Positions 15,238-29,844 are shown, counted from the first letter of the stretch. The stretch is 64,000 nucleotides of DNA from the human T2T-CHM13v2.0 reference genome, Homo sapiens (GCF_009914755.1 NC_060934.1); one strand, 5' to 3'. Notes: generated from the sequence alone by a model not told the origin. Numbers and translations are program-made.

Positions 15238-16114
15238 CAATTTTTTTTTTTCTGCCTGACGTGCAATCCTAAACATCTTGTTCCCAGCACCCTGGGAGAA
15301 GAACCTCATCCATGGCTGGAAACTAGAAAGTAGGCTGTGCCTCTCCTCCCAGAGTGCAGCCCTGCCCTGGCACCAGGCCATGCTGGGTGTGGAGTTCCCC
15401 ACCATGCCACTGACAAGCCTGGCTGGGGAGCCACCTGCCCCGGTGGATCTGAGGCAGCCTGACAGAGCCAGCATGCCCAGCTGCTGTACGGGGAGTAGCC
15501 GAGTGCTTCCCATGACACTAGTGGAGAGCAGGAGGGCCCAGGTGTCCTGCCTGGAGGAAGAGGGCACACAGCTGATGCTGCAGGTGAGGGGGCTGGGGGC
15601 GGGGTCCCCGGGGTAGGAAGGGGTCCCTGCCTGACCACAGACCAAGTGCTGCTCCTCTGATGCCTGAACAGCCCACAGGTGTGCCTGGAGCCCAGGCTGT
15701 TGCCAGGAAGAAAGGGTGAAAATGGGCAGAATTCTGCATCAGTTCTGTCCACATCCTGAAGAGAGCAGATTTTAAGTGAAAAGGGAAAAAGTTTATGTTG
15801 AAATTGGCAAGATCCACTTTCTCAAGGCTCCTAGGAAATGAAGCCTTGAAAACTGGAATACATTCAGGCAGAGAGTTTCATGCACTTGTGATCTGTGGCA
15901 GTGGAATGTGACCCAGCCCGGGTGTTCTCTCTTCCGTCACACCCTGATCCCCGACACCCCCCAAGCCCCTTTGGAGTGTGGGCTTAAAGGTCCTTCCTGA
16001 GGCTATTGAGAGATATCAGTGTATCCTAAATTTACCCCTCATTTTTGTCTATCAAGTGGCAAGAGTGACAGGGTTGGACTTCTTAGGCCCTGTGCTCTCC
16101 TCCTGGCTGAATGA

Positions 16115-18069
<1,955 letters not shown>

Positions 18070-19347
18070 AGATGAGGCTGTTGAATGTCAGTATTGCTTT
18101 AGCCAAGGGCTGAGGGTATAATTGAACAACCTGGCCGTGCAGGCGAGTCATCGATTTCATGTAATGCCCAGATGCAGGGCAGTGACTTCAGAAGAATGTA
18201 GTATGGCCGTCAGTGACTCATCCCCATTGCCAAAGGAATGGGGAAGCAATGGCATTTCTCAGTAGAAAGTCTATTTTATTCTAGAATCAGCCTCAGTTAT
18301 TTCATGTAATGTCAATCAAGTAACAGTTGTTGATTCCCTCCTCTGGGTTAGGCATAGTAGAAGGGTGTGTATGCATACACGCTTGCATACACACACGTTG
18401 CCTTTAAATAATGATATGAACAAAGTACCTATTTGATAAATAGATAAATAGCCAGAGTCGCATACTAAGGCCAGAGCTGCATAGACCCACAAGGCACCCT
18501 TCATGGTGGCCTCATTCAGTGCCTGCTTTGCACTGTGAGAGGACAACGCTGATAGGAAGGACAGCCTGCCTCACAGGGTCCCTTCCCCGTCACGCTCTGT
18601 CTTGGATCCCCACCACCATCAGGAGCCCATCATGCTCCACCTTGGAGCCCCACAACCATCAGGAGCCTCTGTCTCCAGGCCACTGTCAGGGCCACCTCCT
18701 GCTGCTCAGCTTAGGCTTTAGGCCCTAACTACAGAGGCCGAGTGGCACCCAGGAGTGCGTCTAGCTCAGCCCCGGCCAGGGCCTCTGCTGTGCAGTCAGG
18801 GAGGGAGGTGTGTCGGGTTGGGTTGCTGCCTTTGCTGTCCTTCAGATGACAGCTGTGCAAGCTCCAGGAAGCCACCAAAATGGACGTGCGTGAGCACGGG
18901 TGTGAGAGAAACAGAGAGACGATGTGTGTGTAGGAGCAGACCACCTGTGTGTGAGAGAGAGACAGAGCGTTTGTAGATGGGGCTTACCTGTGAGGAGTTG
19001 CAGACAGTGGCCGAGGAGGCTGCACACCTCTGCTTGTGACGAACTCCAGGCCTCTCCCGCATCTTTAGATGAGGGTGTCCCTGACACTTGGTAATTTCCA
19101 AATACGGGTGAAGGAAGAGCAAGAGCTTCAGGGACATTGGTTGGGGCCCTCTTCAGAGGCTGGGCCTGGGCAGCCAGCAGACCTTGGTCAGAGTATGGAG
19201 GGAGGACAGGCCACCCATCCTATTTCCCTTTTTAAGTGGTTTTGCAAATAACAGGCTGAAGGTTTGACCCTACTGTCCGGTATCACTGTGCATGGTAGGT
19301 AAGGTATAGGGTCCAGCACCTACCATGAAAACAGGACTTTCATTTTA

Positions 19348-19670
<323 letters not shown>

Positions 19671-20395
19671 AAGGTGTCATCATAAAAATGCAAAGAAAAA
19701 TAGGCAAAATACACAGTGCTGTTTCTATTCAGCCAGTCTTCTGTGGTTTAAGGAGGCTGGAAATGTGCGTGGATCCTTTTTTGTACTAGGTGTGAGCTGA
19801 GGGCTGGGGGATGTCTCAGCCTGAACAGAACAGCTCATTGCTTGTCTGCAGGGGCCCGAGCAAGCCTCTCTTGGCCCTGAGGACTCCTGAGAACCCCACG
19901 AAAGGACGGTGGGGGACCCTGGCAGTGCGAGGTGAGGAAAGCCAGCACGCAGGCAGTGGATGCAGAAGCAGTCAGCTGGAGGCCTGGCTGTGCAGGGAAG
20001 GGGAAGGAGAGCAGCAGGAACATGGAGGCAACATCAGTGACCGGTAGCCAGCTGGAGGCGCCTCCGTCTTTTCTGCAGAAACTGTTTTCCTTGACAACTG
20101 AGAACAGATCCCTCACTCTGAGATGGGAGGCCCTGTTCTCCTTGAAGAACTTGCAGGGGCCCTCAGAGGGGTCCAGGAAAACGCCCACAGGGGCCGCAGA
20201 TCCGCGGGCTTAGGGGCATTGGCCAAGGTATTAGCAAAAGGAGGGCACCTGTGAACTTCTGGTTGAGTCTTGGCCGGGAAAAGGTTTCCACCCAGACAGC
20301 CCGAGGCCTCCCTCCAGGAAGAGACGCACTGCACACCAGGCCACAAGGCCACCAGCCCGGCTGGGGAGTCATTCCTAGAGAGGGACAAGCAGTGA

Positions 20396-20514
20396 GGCGG
20401 TTCCAGGCAGTCTATCTAGTTGGGGGGCGGCGGTTCCAGGCAGAGTCCAGTCGGGGGGCGGCGGTTCCAGGCAGAGTCCAGTCGGGGGGTGGCGGTTCCA
20501 GGCAGAGTCCAGTT
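20396..20514. repeat. Minisatellite, about 31-bp unit x about 3.8
   Basis: GGCGGTTCCAGGCAGAGTCCAGTCGGGGGGC repeated in tandem. Confidence 0.9.
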
Positions 20515-21282
20515 GCGTCTGGGATTTGCTGCAGTCCCAGATTTTAAGCCCAGATTTTCTGTAGCCAGTTGGTGCTTCTAGTTCCTGACGATGATGTCCC
20601 GCAGCCCCGGGAAGGACAGACTTGGGGAAGCGTGTTGGTCATTGTCATTTGTCCCCTGCCTGCTTGCCTGAGTGCGCGGCAGGACATATGGGCACTAGGA
20701 TTCCCTAACTTCAGCTCTGGGCTCCTGTGGTGACCTGGGCTCGAATAGCTCTTCATTCCCAGGGAGAAGGAGGCCCAGGAGACAAATCCCCCACACCTGG
20801 AGCTTCCTTGGAGGACACACCTGCAGAGGGGGCAGAGCCCTGGGGCCAACAGGAACGAGATCCGACTTGACCTGAAGCAGGCCCTCAGACCTCAAACGTG
20901 TCTGCAGGGAGGGCCATGACGTCGGGGCTGGGGTCAGGGTCGGGTTGGTTCCAGCTGACAAGTGTTCAATTTCCACCAAGTCCTGATGATCCCTCCTCCG
21001 CCCCCACATGAGAAACCGGAGAAAAGCCTCAGCCTAAATGGAGCCTGCTGTGCTCGGCTCCCTTCGCGCCCGAGCTTAACAAGAGAGCGGGTGTCCTCGA
21101 TTTCCTAATTACAGCAACGACGCAGAGCTCCAGTGCCAAGTTGACAAAAGGACTACCTCCTTCCTGATATTGCCCATCATTTGTCTCACAGGCACCTGCT
21201 GAGCCTTTGCACCTCTCTGCTAGGGCCTTTAAGTCAAGCTCCCCACCACAACGTCCACGCCCTGCCCCTACAAGCCACTTTC

Positions 21283-21398
21283 TCTGGCCCCGTCTCCTCA
21301 CCTGCACCCCACACCTCTAGCCCCATCTCCCAACCTGCACCCCACACCTCTAGCCCCATCTCCTAACCTGCACCCCTCTCCTCTGGCCCCATCTCCCC
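21283..21398. repeat. C-rich minisatellite, 33-bp unit x about 3.5
   Basis: ACCTGCACCCCACACCTCTAGCCCCATCTCCCA repeated in tandem. Confidence 0.85.
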
Positions 21399-21453
21399 AT
21401 CCACACTGCCTCCAGGGCCTCTCAGGCTGCTACTGCCCTCCCAGGCCGCCTGG

Positions 21454-21670
21454 GGACATGCAGGTGGGGGTGGGGCGGACATGCAGGTGGGGGTGGGGCG
21501 GACATGCAGGTGGGGGTGGGGCGGACGTGCAGGTGGGGGTGGGGCGGGCGTGCAGGTGGGGGTGGGGCGGACGTGCAGGTGGGGGTGGGGCGGGCGTGCA
21601 GGTGGGGGTGGGGCGGACGTGCAGGTGGGGGTGGGGCGGACATGCAGGTGGGGGTGGGGCGGACATGCAG
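21454..21670. repeat. G-rich minisatellite, 23-bp unit x 9.4
   Basis: Nine full GGRCRTGCAGGTGGGGGTGGGGC units plus a 10-bp partial unit. Confidence 0.97.
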
Positions 21671-21728
21671 CCATAGCCTTCCCAGGCTCCCTCCCCGCCT
21701 GGCCATGGTGGTCTTGCTGCGGGGCTCA

Positions 21729-21910
21729 ACTCACGTGAAGCCCAGAGAAAGGAAACAGCTTCTTCCCCTTTCTGGGACCTCCCTCCTCGCCTGCCTGTCT
21801 CCATCCTGCCTCAGGGTCAGCCCCTCCTGGGGGGAAAGACGCGGGTGGGGGGATGTTTACCTTTTATAGCGGAAAGCCCACCCAGTAGAAAACCACAAGG
21901 GTGGGCTTGC
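21729..21910 (-). promoter_or_regulatory. Candidate core promoter and first exon on the minus strand
   Basis: Minus-strand GCTATAAAAGG (TATAAAAG at 21868-21861), TCT-type initiator TCTTTCC with C+1 at 21838, strong-Kozak ATG at 21804, and donor CAC|GTGAGT after 21735. Motif evidence only. Confidence 0.3.
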
Positions 21911-22556
21911 CCTGGGTGAGGCAGGTTTACAAATATCTCCCTGGTGGCCAAATCGTCTTTTTCTCTTTCCTCGGTGTGAAGGAGGGCGGCACAGGGCTTC
22001 TTGTCCTTCTGATCAGGGTCCCCATCAGCAGGTCTCTAGGGCAAGGTTCTGTGTGGAGGCAGAGTGGACCCCGAGCGGGGAAGCGGCACGTCCTCGCCAC
22101 CCTCCAGAGGCACGGAGGCTTCTGCAAAGACGCAGCTCTGGAACACCATGCGCTGCTGCCCGTATCTCCCAGCAGGACTCTGCTGCTTGGTCAGAAGCGC
22201 TTGCATGGGGATCACATCTCGACTCTCCTGAGAACCCTGCTGGGGATGGCTCTGCCTCTGTGTTGTCTTGGCTTGGCTCCCTGCAAGCGGACTGGGGCTT
22301 GGAGCAGGGAGTTCCCTGGGGATGATCCCAGGAAGCAGGCGAGCATCTCCACAGGCAGCACCAGGGCCCCCACCGCAGGCAGACTCTGTTGTTCCTGGAG
22401 ACCCATGAGAAGCCCCCAGGACTATCTGCCTGGAGAAAGTGAGGAGGAGCACTACACTGGAGGCTGAGGGGCATCCACAGGGCAGCAAACCTCCCCTGCA
22501 TTCCAGGGCTGCACCTGTAGCAAGGTGCTGGGTAGCTGTGAGAAGGGCCTGCACCG

Positions 22557-22773
22557 TGGGGGCTCAGAGGGCACAGGTGCTTGGGAGGCACAGGTGCTCA
22601 GGGGGTAACAGACTTGGGGGGCAGAGGGCTCAGGGGTCACAGGTGCTCAGGGTCACAGGTGCTCAGGGGACACAGGTACTCCGGGACACAGGTGCTCAGG
22701 GACACAGTGGCTCAGGGGACACAGGTGCTCAGGGGTCACAGGTGCTCAGGGGACACAGGGGCTGGGGGGACAC
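22557..22773. repeat. Degenerate 16-17-bp tandem repeat
   Basis: ACAGGTGCTCAGGGG(A/T)C-like units, about 12 copies. Confidence 0.85.
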
Positions 22774-23461
22774 ATCCTCAGGGCATCCACCACCCTTGGA
22801 CTCCACATTTCACAGAGGGCAGTGTCTGCCACCTGAGCTCCTCTGATTTTCTCCATGTTGAGGAACAGCTCCTCCGAAGTGGATCTATTTTCAAGAGCTG
22901 GAAACCACTAAATGATAGGCTGTTTTGGCAGGAATTATTGTTTCCAAAGCCTCAGTAGAATGTTAGGGACTCTGTGAAATAGCTAAGTCTCATCAGTTGA
23001 CCCCGACCCTCACCCTGCAGAGCACACATTCGTCCTTGCAGAGCCGGCCTGCACCTGTAGATGCACTCCAGGAATAGGGAACCTCCTGCAGGGGAGTTAA
23101 GGAAATCAGGGTCAGCAGTTCATCTGGGAACAGAACGCTCTCCGAGGGAAGGGCAGGAGAAGACGCCGCTCACTGCATCGTGCGCAGACCTCTGGCTGGA
23201 TCAACCTTACCCCGTGGCTCCTGCAGTGAACGGACATCAAGCACCGTTCTGCAGTCACGTGTGGGTTCATTATTTTTTCCTTTATTGAAAATATAATTTA
23301 GTTTGTAACTTCCTCCCAGACTCAATATGAGGAGATGCTTCTTTTGCAAAGTTCACTCCCTCTACTGAACAGAACAGAGAATGGGATAATTTTACAAAGT
23401 ACGTGCCAGGCTCAAAATGAGAGTGCAGAGAGCTATACCACAGGAGGAAAATCATCTCTAG

Positions 23462-23774
<313 letters not shown>

Positions 23775-25046
23775 TAGGTTTAAAATAAACTAAAAGTGGG
23801 GACACAAGAGGATGAGCCCGGGAATGTCAATGGCAGCACCTGCCAGGGAAGACCCTGTGGGGAGCACAGAGCGAGCTTGGTGGTCCCAGCCTCCAGGGTT
23901 TCTCTTTGTAGCAGTGGAGGGGATGGTAGCAGGGAACGAGAGCCCAGGCTATCCTTATTAGAGATGCCTGAGGCCAGTGTGAGGAGAGAGGAAGAGGAGC
24001 TGTCTTATTTTATTCCAGGACACTGTTGGAAGCTGCAAAGCCATCATTGACTTACAAATAGCCAGGGTAAAAGAGGTGGTCGCTTGGCTGACCAAGGTGT
24101 TCTCAATTCCATTCAATGAGCTAACGCAGGCAAAAGCACTTTGTAAGTTCCTAAATGCTCACAAACGTGAGTTGATGCTATCACACCCACTCCATTCAGC
24201 AGACATTTAATGGGCATGTTGATGGTTCTGGTGCGGTGCAGGTGTCTGGAGTCACAGAGATGGATCAGTCAGGTCCCCACGCTCCGGGAACTCATAGCCT
24301 GGAGACCCTGAAGACCTGGGGATGATTTGGAATGGGGCGGTCGCTGACTGGCCTGGGGGTTCAGGGGACATCTGGGCTGCAGTGGGCAGATCCTGGGCAT
24401 GAGACCTGGAGGCAACATGCTTGGAAGCCAAGAGATGGAAGTGTCCATGGCCCTGGAGGAGGCTTGGAGCCATCTGGAGGGGCTGGGGGCCTTTCACCCA
24501 TTCACATGATGCAAAAATGCTATTGAAAGATGGGATGCGACTGGGAGGGGAGGCCTAGGACCTATGCTTGTGCAAATGTGTGCTGGAGACATTGCTCATT
24601 CTTGAGGCTGAAGCTAAGCACTGGTGAGCCTGCCCAGGAGGCTGAGACTGTGAGGAGCTGGCCCACCCAGGACCCCCTTCCCGATCCAGAAGGCAGCAGC
24701 CCCTGAAGTCTTGCCTCCTGTCTCTGGAGGTGTGCCCTTGTGGGTGTTGTCAAAGGACATTCCACAGATGACTGGCTTCAAGGCACCCTGTTGAAAAAAA
24801 ACAGATACTAAAAAAGTTAGGATAAAATTGCATTTCCCTCCCTCTCCCATGCCTCAAAGCATGAAACAGCAGTTCCTGATTTTACCCCTTAACACAATTT
24901 CCGTCCTGGAGCACACATATTTCCCAGTTCATCAACTGAGAGATGTGGGTTCATTCAAACACTATCAAAGAACAGCTCTTCAGCCAGAGGCAGCTTTGTT
25001 CTGGGGACACACTCACTCCTGTCCCCACACGCATGGCCTTAGTGAG

Positions 25047-25413
25047 TGTATTAGTCAGGATTCTCCAGAGAAACAGAACCGGTAGGGTGTACGTGTGGCC
25101 GTTCCAAATCCTGCAGGCCGAGAGGGCAGTCCCGAGACCCAGGGAACAGGAACATCGCAATTGGCATCTGAAGGCTGTCTGCTTAGACATCTCCTCTTCG
25201 TTCCAGGGAGCTCGGGCTTTTTTCTCTTAAAGCTTCCACTCACTGGCCGAGGCCTAGCCACATTATGATGGACAATGTGCATTACTCAAAGTCCACCAAT
25301 TTGGATTAAATTCTCATCCAAAAACACCCTCACAGAAATGTCCAGAATAAAGTTTGACCAAAAATCTGGGCACTGTGGCCCACTCAAGCTGACGCATCAA
25401 CTGAACCATCTTA
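25047..25413 (-). mobile_element. MLT2-family (ERVL) solo LTR, internally shortened
   Basis: Starts TGTATTAGTCAGGATTCTCCAGAGAAACAGAACC and ends CAAGCTGAC...AACCATCTTA. 5-bp TSD GTGAG at 25042-25046 and 25414-25418. Confidence 0.8.
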
Positions 25414-26624
25414 GTGAGTCAATTTCACAGCACAGGAAGGTTTCCTGACTTCGCACTGTCCTGCTCACTGGGCTCCAGCTGTGGCCACTCAGGGAGGGGC
25501 ATTCAGAAGGAGGTTGGGGGGGTCTCCACAGATCCCCAATAACAAGGGGGATCTGCTGGAGCCACTGCAAGATTCAAAGGAAGGGAAGGGGTCCTTTGCA
25601 GGATTCAAGGGAAGGGAATGGGTCATTTGCTTTCAGGACCTGCTGAGTGCATGAAAGCACTGAGGTCTCAGGGCAGGTGCCCACATAGGGAGTTGATTCT
25701 CAGGACCTCCTGCATGTAACAGTCCCAGGCTGAGCTCCAGAAAACCCAGGACCCTCCAAAGCCCCCGGCTGCCCATTGCAGCCATCTGACTTGGGCTCTG
25801 GTGTCCCCGGTAAACACAGGTAGATGATACCCAGGATGTGTGTGTCATGGAAGGTTGTAGCAGGATCCAGATGGAGAGGGCCCAAGTAAGCCCAGGGTGT
25901 GGTCCCAGGGCGAATTCAGCAGGCAGGTGGGGCACACCTGTGCCTGTGTCTCCACATCACCCCCAGCTGCCTGGTGTGCTTGGGTCAGTGGTGCCACCTT
26001 TTGCTCTAGCTTGAAACATAGATGAGGTTCATTTAGCCAAGTTCAATTCAATTAAAAGGTATTTGTTGAGCTTTTAGGATGTGTAAAGCAATGTCCTCAG
26101 CAATTCAATTATTTGCAGTTTCTTTTGCACAACTAATCTAAATGGAGACTCATTATAAAGGGGAAAAAGTAATTGGCAATTTCTAGTTTGCCCATACTTG
26201 TCCCAAGGTGGTAAGTACTACAAGGGAGAGCCCTTGGGGGGTTTGCAGGAAGCCACTGCCACCTGGGCTGCTTCCTGCAGGAGGCCTGTGGGTGCTTGCA
26301 GTGAGCTCTACCTGAAGCTTTGCCAGCACTTTCATTGGCCTGTGAGGTCAAGTAGCAGATACTGTGTTATCCCCATTACGGGATTTTCAACATCCACGTG
26401 GCTTCCTGCACAAAGAACATCTCTCCTAGCCAATAGTTGATGTCAAGGGTATCCAGGTGGGCTGTAGACCCATGTGGGGACCGCGTTCCAAGAGCAGCAT
26501 GGGAACCCCTGCCAGAGGACACCCTTGTGAACAGACGGCTTGTGTTCATCCCCTAGGTGATGGGCGTTTAGTTCTTCATGAATAGACGTGTGTCCATCTT
26601 CAAAACAGAAAGGAGAGGGGCTAT

Positions 26625-26822
26625 TAGGAGCAGGGTCTTTGGGTGCAGAATTCTGAATTTGGATATAGTTTATATCCTATTTTGCCTTCGGACCTTGAAC
26701 AAGTTATTAAAGACTTCTGGGATGCCAGTGTCCTCCCATGCAGATAGGGGGAAATAACACGGGCCTTCCGAGTGATGTGAGCTGTCGATAAGCCATGCAA
26801 ACAGCCAGCTCAGGCCTGGTAC
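26625..26822 (+). mobile_element. MIR relic
   Basis: GACCTTGAACAAGTTATT...CAGTGTCCTCCCATGCAGATAGGGGGAAATAACAC resembles the MIR core. Confidence 0.6.
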
Positions 26823-27500
26823 TTCGGTTAACTCTCTGGAAAGGGTGGGATTTAACAACTCACTTTATCACTCCATCTGAAGGAATGGATGTTGTATGTC
26901 TCCGGAGACCGGGATTCTGGGGCAGTCTGTGGCAGAGCCATGGCTCATCCGTGTATGAGGGCCCATGGTCATTGGCTGGACGGAGGCACAGTCAGGCTTC
27001 CCAGGTTCCCGAGGACAAAGGACAGCATCCTTCAACTCCAAGCTGTGGTCCCTCTGCTGCATCTGGCCTCTCTGCCTAACTAGGGCATGGGCAGGGCATT
27101 CATTATTGCAGAAACCTCTAGGGACGACCCCCAGAGTTGCCGCAGTACACAACCACAAAACCTCACAACTTCTGCAAGAACCAAGCCTGGAAGAGTCAAC
27201 CAGGGTGCAGCCTAGTTTTCCTGGATTAGGACTCACCATTTCAGGCTAAGTCTACACACCGTCAACTCTGCACTGCTTCGAATAGTCCAGGGGTGCTGGG
27301 CTCACCTGTGGCTAAGAGCAACAGACCCTGCTATTGTTTAGGTTGTCCTGTAGATGTTACTAGGTCAAAGATAGGGTTTAAAATTTTCTAAAGGGATAAA
27401 ATATTCAGTGACTATGTGAGTCATGTGGTTTAACTTTTGCAACTATTTGTAAGAAAATAGAGTGAAAACTGGGGCAGAGTTTGTCCATTAATCACCAGCC

Positions 27501-27821
27501 TTTTTTGTTGTTGTTCTTGTTGCTGCTGAGACAAAATCTTGCTCTGTCACCCAGCCTGGAGTGCCGTGGTGCGATCTCGCTCAATGCACCTCCACCACCT
27601 GGGGTTCAAGCAATTCTCCTGCCTCAGTCTCCCAAGTAGCTGGGATTACAACCCTACTACTTAGTGCCTACCACCATGCCCGGCTAATTTTTTGTACTTT
27701 TAGTAGAGACAGGGTTTTGCCATGTTGGCCAGGCTGGTGTCAAACTCCTGACCTCGGGTAATCCACCTGCCTTAGCCTTCCAAAGTGCTGGGATTGCAAG
27801 TGCGAGCCACAGCACCCAGCC
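27501..27821 (-). mobile_element. Alu (AluJ/S)
   Basis: Dimeric antisense Alu with a (TTG)n-degenerated tail. Confidence 0.92.
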
Positions 27822-28360
27822 TTCAGCTTTTTCTTATGTTTTGCCTCAGCATGAGAGGAGGCTGCATGGACCCCAGCTGCAAGGGCAGCGAGCTGCAGAG
27901 GATACCCAGTGAGAGGGGCATGTTGATAAACTAGAGGTAGGACTTGGCTGATGATAGACCAGAAGTAACGCCATCCACTCCTCCTCTTCCAATTCTGCCC
28001 ATCTGCCCTGGAGCAAAGGGCTAGGTAAACACTCCTTGTCTTCCCATGGAGGGTGGTTGCATCCAAGAGAGTTTTTCTCAGAAAAATGATGGCATGAACA
28101 TGAGAAGGAGTAAATGATCAGAGATCAGACCAGGCCTTTAACTGTTGAAATTAGTTTGACTAAAAACTGTATTGATTACTCGTGGAACTTAAAACCATCT
28201 GCAAAAACAAACCCAAAACAGTCCACCCTGGATTGTGTTAAAGAAAAGTAAAAACGGAGGCCACAGTTTGGATGAATACTTCTAGCCCAACCGCCTGTGG
28301 CCGTGTAACCAAAACTTACACCATCCTGATTTCTCTGAAAAGGCTCGATTTGACCATGAG

Positions 28361-28405
28361 ACTGACGCTTTGCTTTCTTGTCGCGTGCTGACGTCACATA
28401 CGTGC
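28361..28405. promoter_or_regulatory. Candidate enhancer motif cluster (CRE half-site, XRE-like site, full CRE, HRE-like site)
   Basis: TGACG at 28363-28367, TCGCGTG at 28381-28387, TGACGTCA at 28389-28396 and TACGTG at 28399-28404. Confidence 0.3.
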
Positions 28406-29844
28406 TTATGCATAGGCGAGGGCCACATGCATCCTCGTTTTTGCTTTCTAAAGCAGCGCATCAGGCCACACCTCTGAGCTTCCTCTTGCAGTTTTGGCGT
28501 GAGGTCTCCTCAGTTCAGGGACTGTTCTTTTGTACACACAATGACTTTACATAATTTTCAATTTGACCTGACTCTATTTTGCACTATTGGCATGTGGTTG
28601 TCTTTCCTTCTGGGTGATAGGGAAGGATCAGCATGGCTTATGACTAAGGGACATCACGTAAATTCCACAAGAACAAAAATCACGTCTTTCCTGTTTGCTC
28701 TTCCCTCCCTACCTGGTACACAGTAGCCCTCAAAAATGTGAATGAATCGACGAGAGAAACTGAGAGGTAAGGGGAGAGCTTCCTCAGCCCGCCCTACGAG
28801 GCGGTGGGGGTCTCCTCACTTCTAGCCACAGTTTTTCTCTTCTTTGTTGCTTTGCTTTGAAAGGCAGGTTAAAGCAGACAGTGCCCATCGTGGTAATTAA
28901 ATTATCTGTAGCCTCGGAGTGATTGCACTTAGAGGCAAAAAGCAAGATTCATTATGAGGAGCTAAAAGCCCTTTTCCACTTTGAAGTGAACCACCTCGCT
29001 GACATGAAAAATTTGATTAGGATTCAGATGTAGTTATTCACTGATAATCTCTAATTTAAGAACATGTTATGCTAATTTGTAACTCTAAAGCCAAAGATTC
29101 ACAAGGGTAAGAGATCCTTTAAATATTCTGAAATCATATTATTAGTGAACAGAAATCTACCCCTGATTGCTCAGTATTGAGAAAAAGTCTCTCAATTTAC
29201 AAGATTTGTGAAGGCAGCATAGTGACTTCCTGGAGTCCTGTTATAATCTGGTCATACTGGTGAGACCACCTGGGGCATGGGGAAAAGGGATAGAAAGAAG
29301 AAACTCCTGTGTGAGCTAAAACAAAACTCAAGGAGAGTCCATCATTCTTGTGAAAAGGAAGGAAAAGTCACAGGCTTATAATTGAATGGTGAAGAAATTG
29401 TCTGCAGGATTGTCATGCGTGTGGGACCTGGAGAGCTGTGATGCAGCAGGGAGAAGTGGTGGCCAGGACCCATGGCTCCAGGAAGGGAGCTTTCATGGAA
29501 GAGCAGACGGCTCTTTGGACAATGAGACAAATGAATGTTCTGGTCCTGGAAGAGCTTTCCTGAACAGAAAATAAATGACATCCAAGACAGGCAAGCAGAT
29601 GAAGTACCTCTGCGGCCACGAGGCCCATCATCTTCCATCTCCCGGTCCTCAGAACCCAGACTCAGACCAACTTCCTGCAGTCAGCTTAGGAGGGGAGCGC
29701 CCCAGCACGATGGGAGAGGGGTCTGAGCATGAAGACAGTGGCAGTGAGGACAACAGATGAGCCAGGCCTCCTGCTGGCCTCTCATGGGTTGAGGGGAGAT
29801 AGATGCAGGCCTGGAGGCGTTAGGGTGGGTGGGGACACGAGCAT

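Noticed and set aside
18980-18995. Strong minus-strand donor CAG|GTAAGC (similarly CAG|GTGAG near 27305)
   Set aside because: No convincing paired acceptor or reading frame. Isolated splice motifs are common.
21363-21869. Overlapping Pro/His-rich and Gly/Trp-rich ORFs
   Set aside because: They are translations of a stop-free 23-bp minisatellite, open in all six frames.
25568-25630. Two-copy, about 31-bp duplication GATTCAA(A/G)GGAAGGGAA..GGGGTC.TTTGC
   Set aside because: It is an ordinary short tandem duplication with no further structure.
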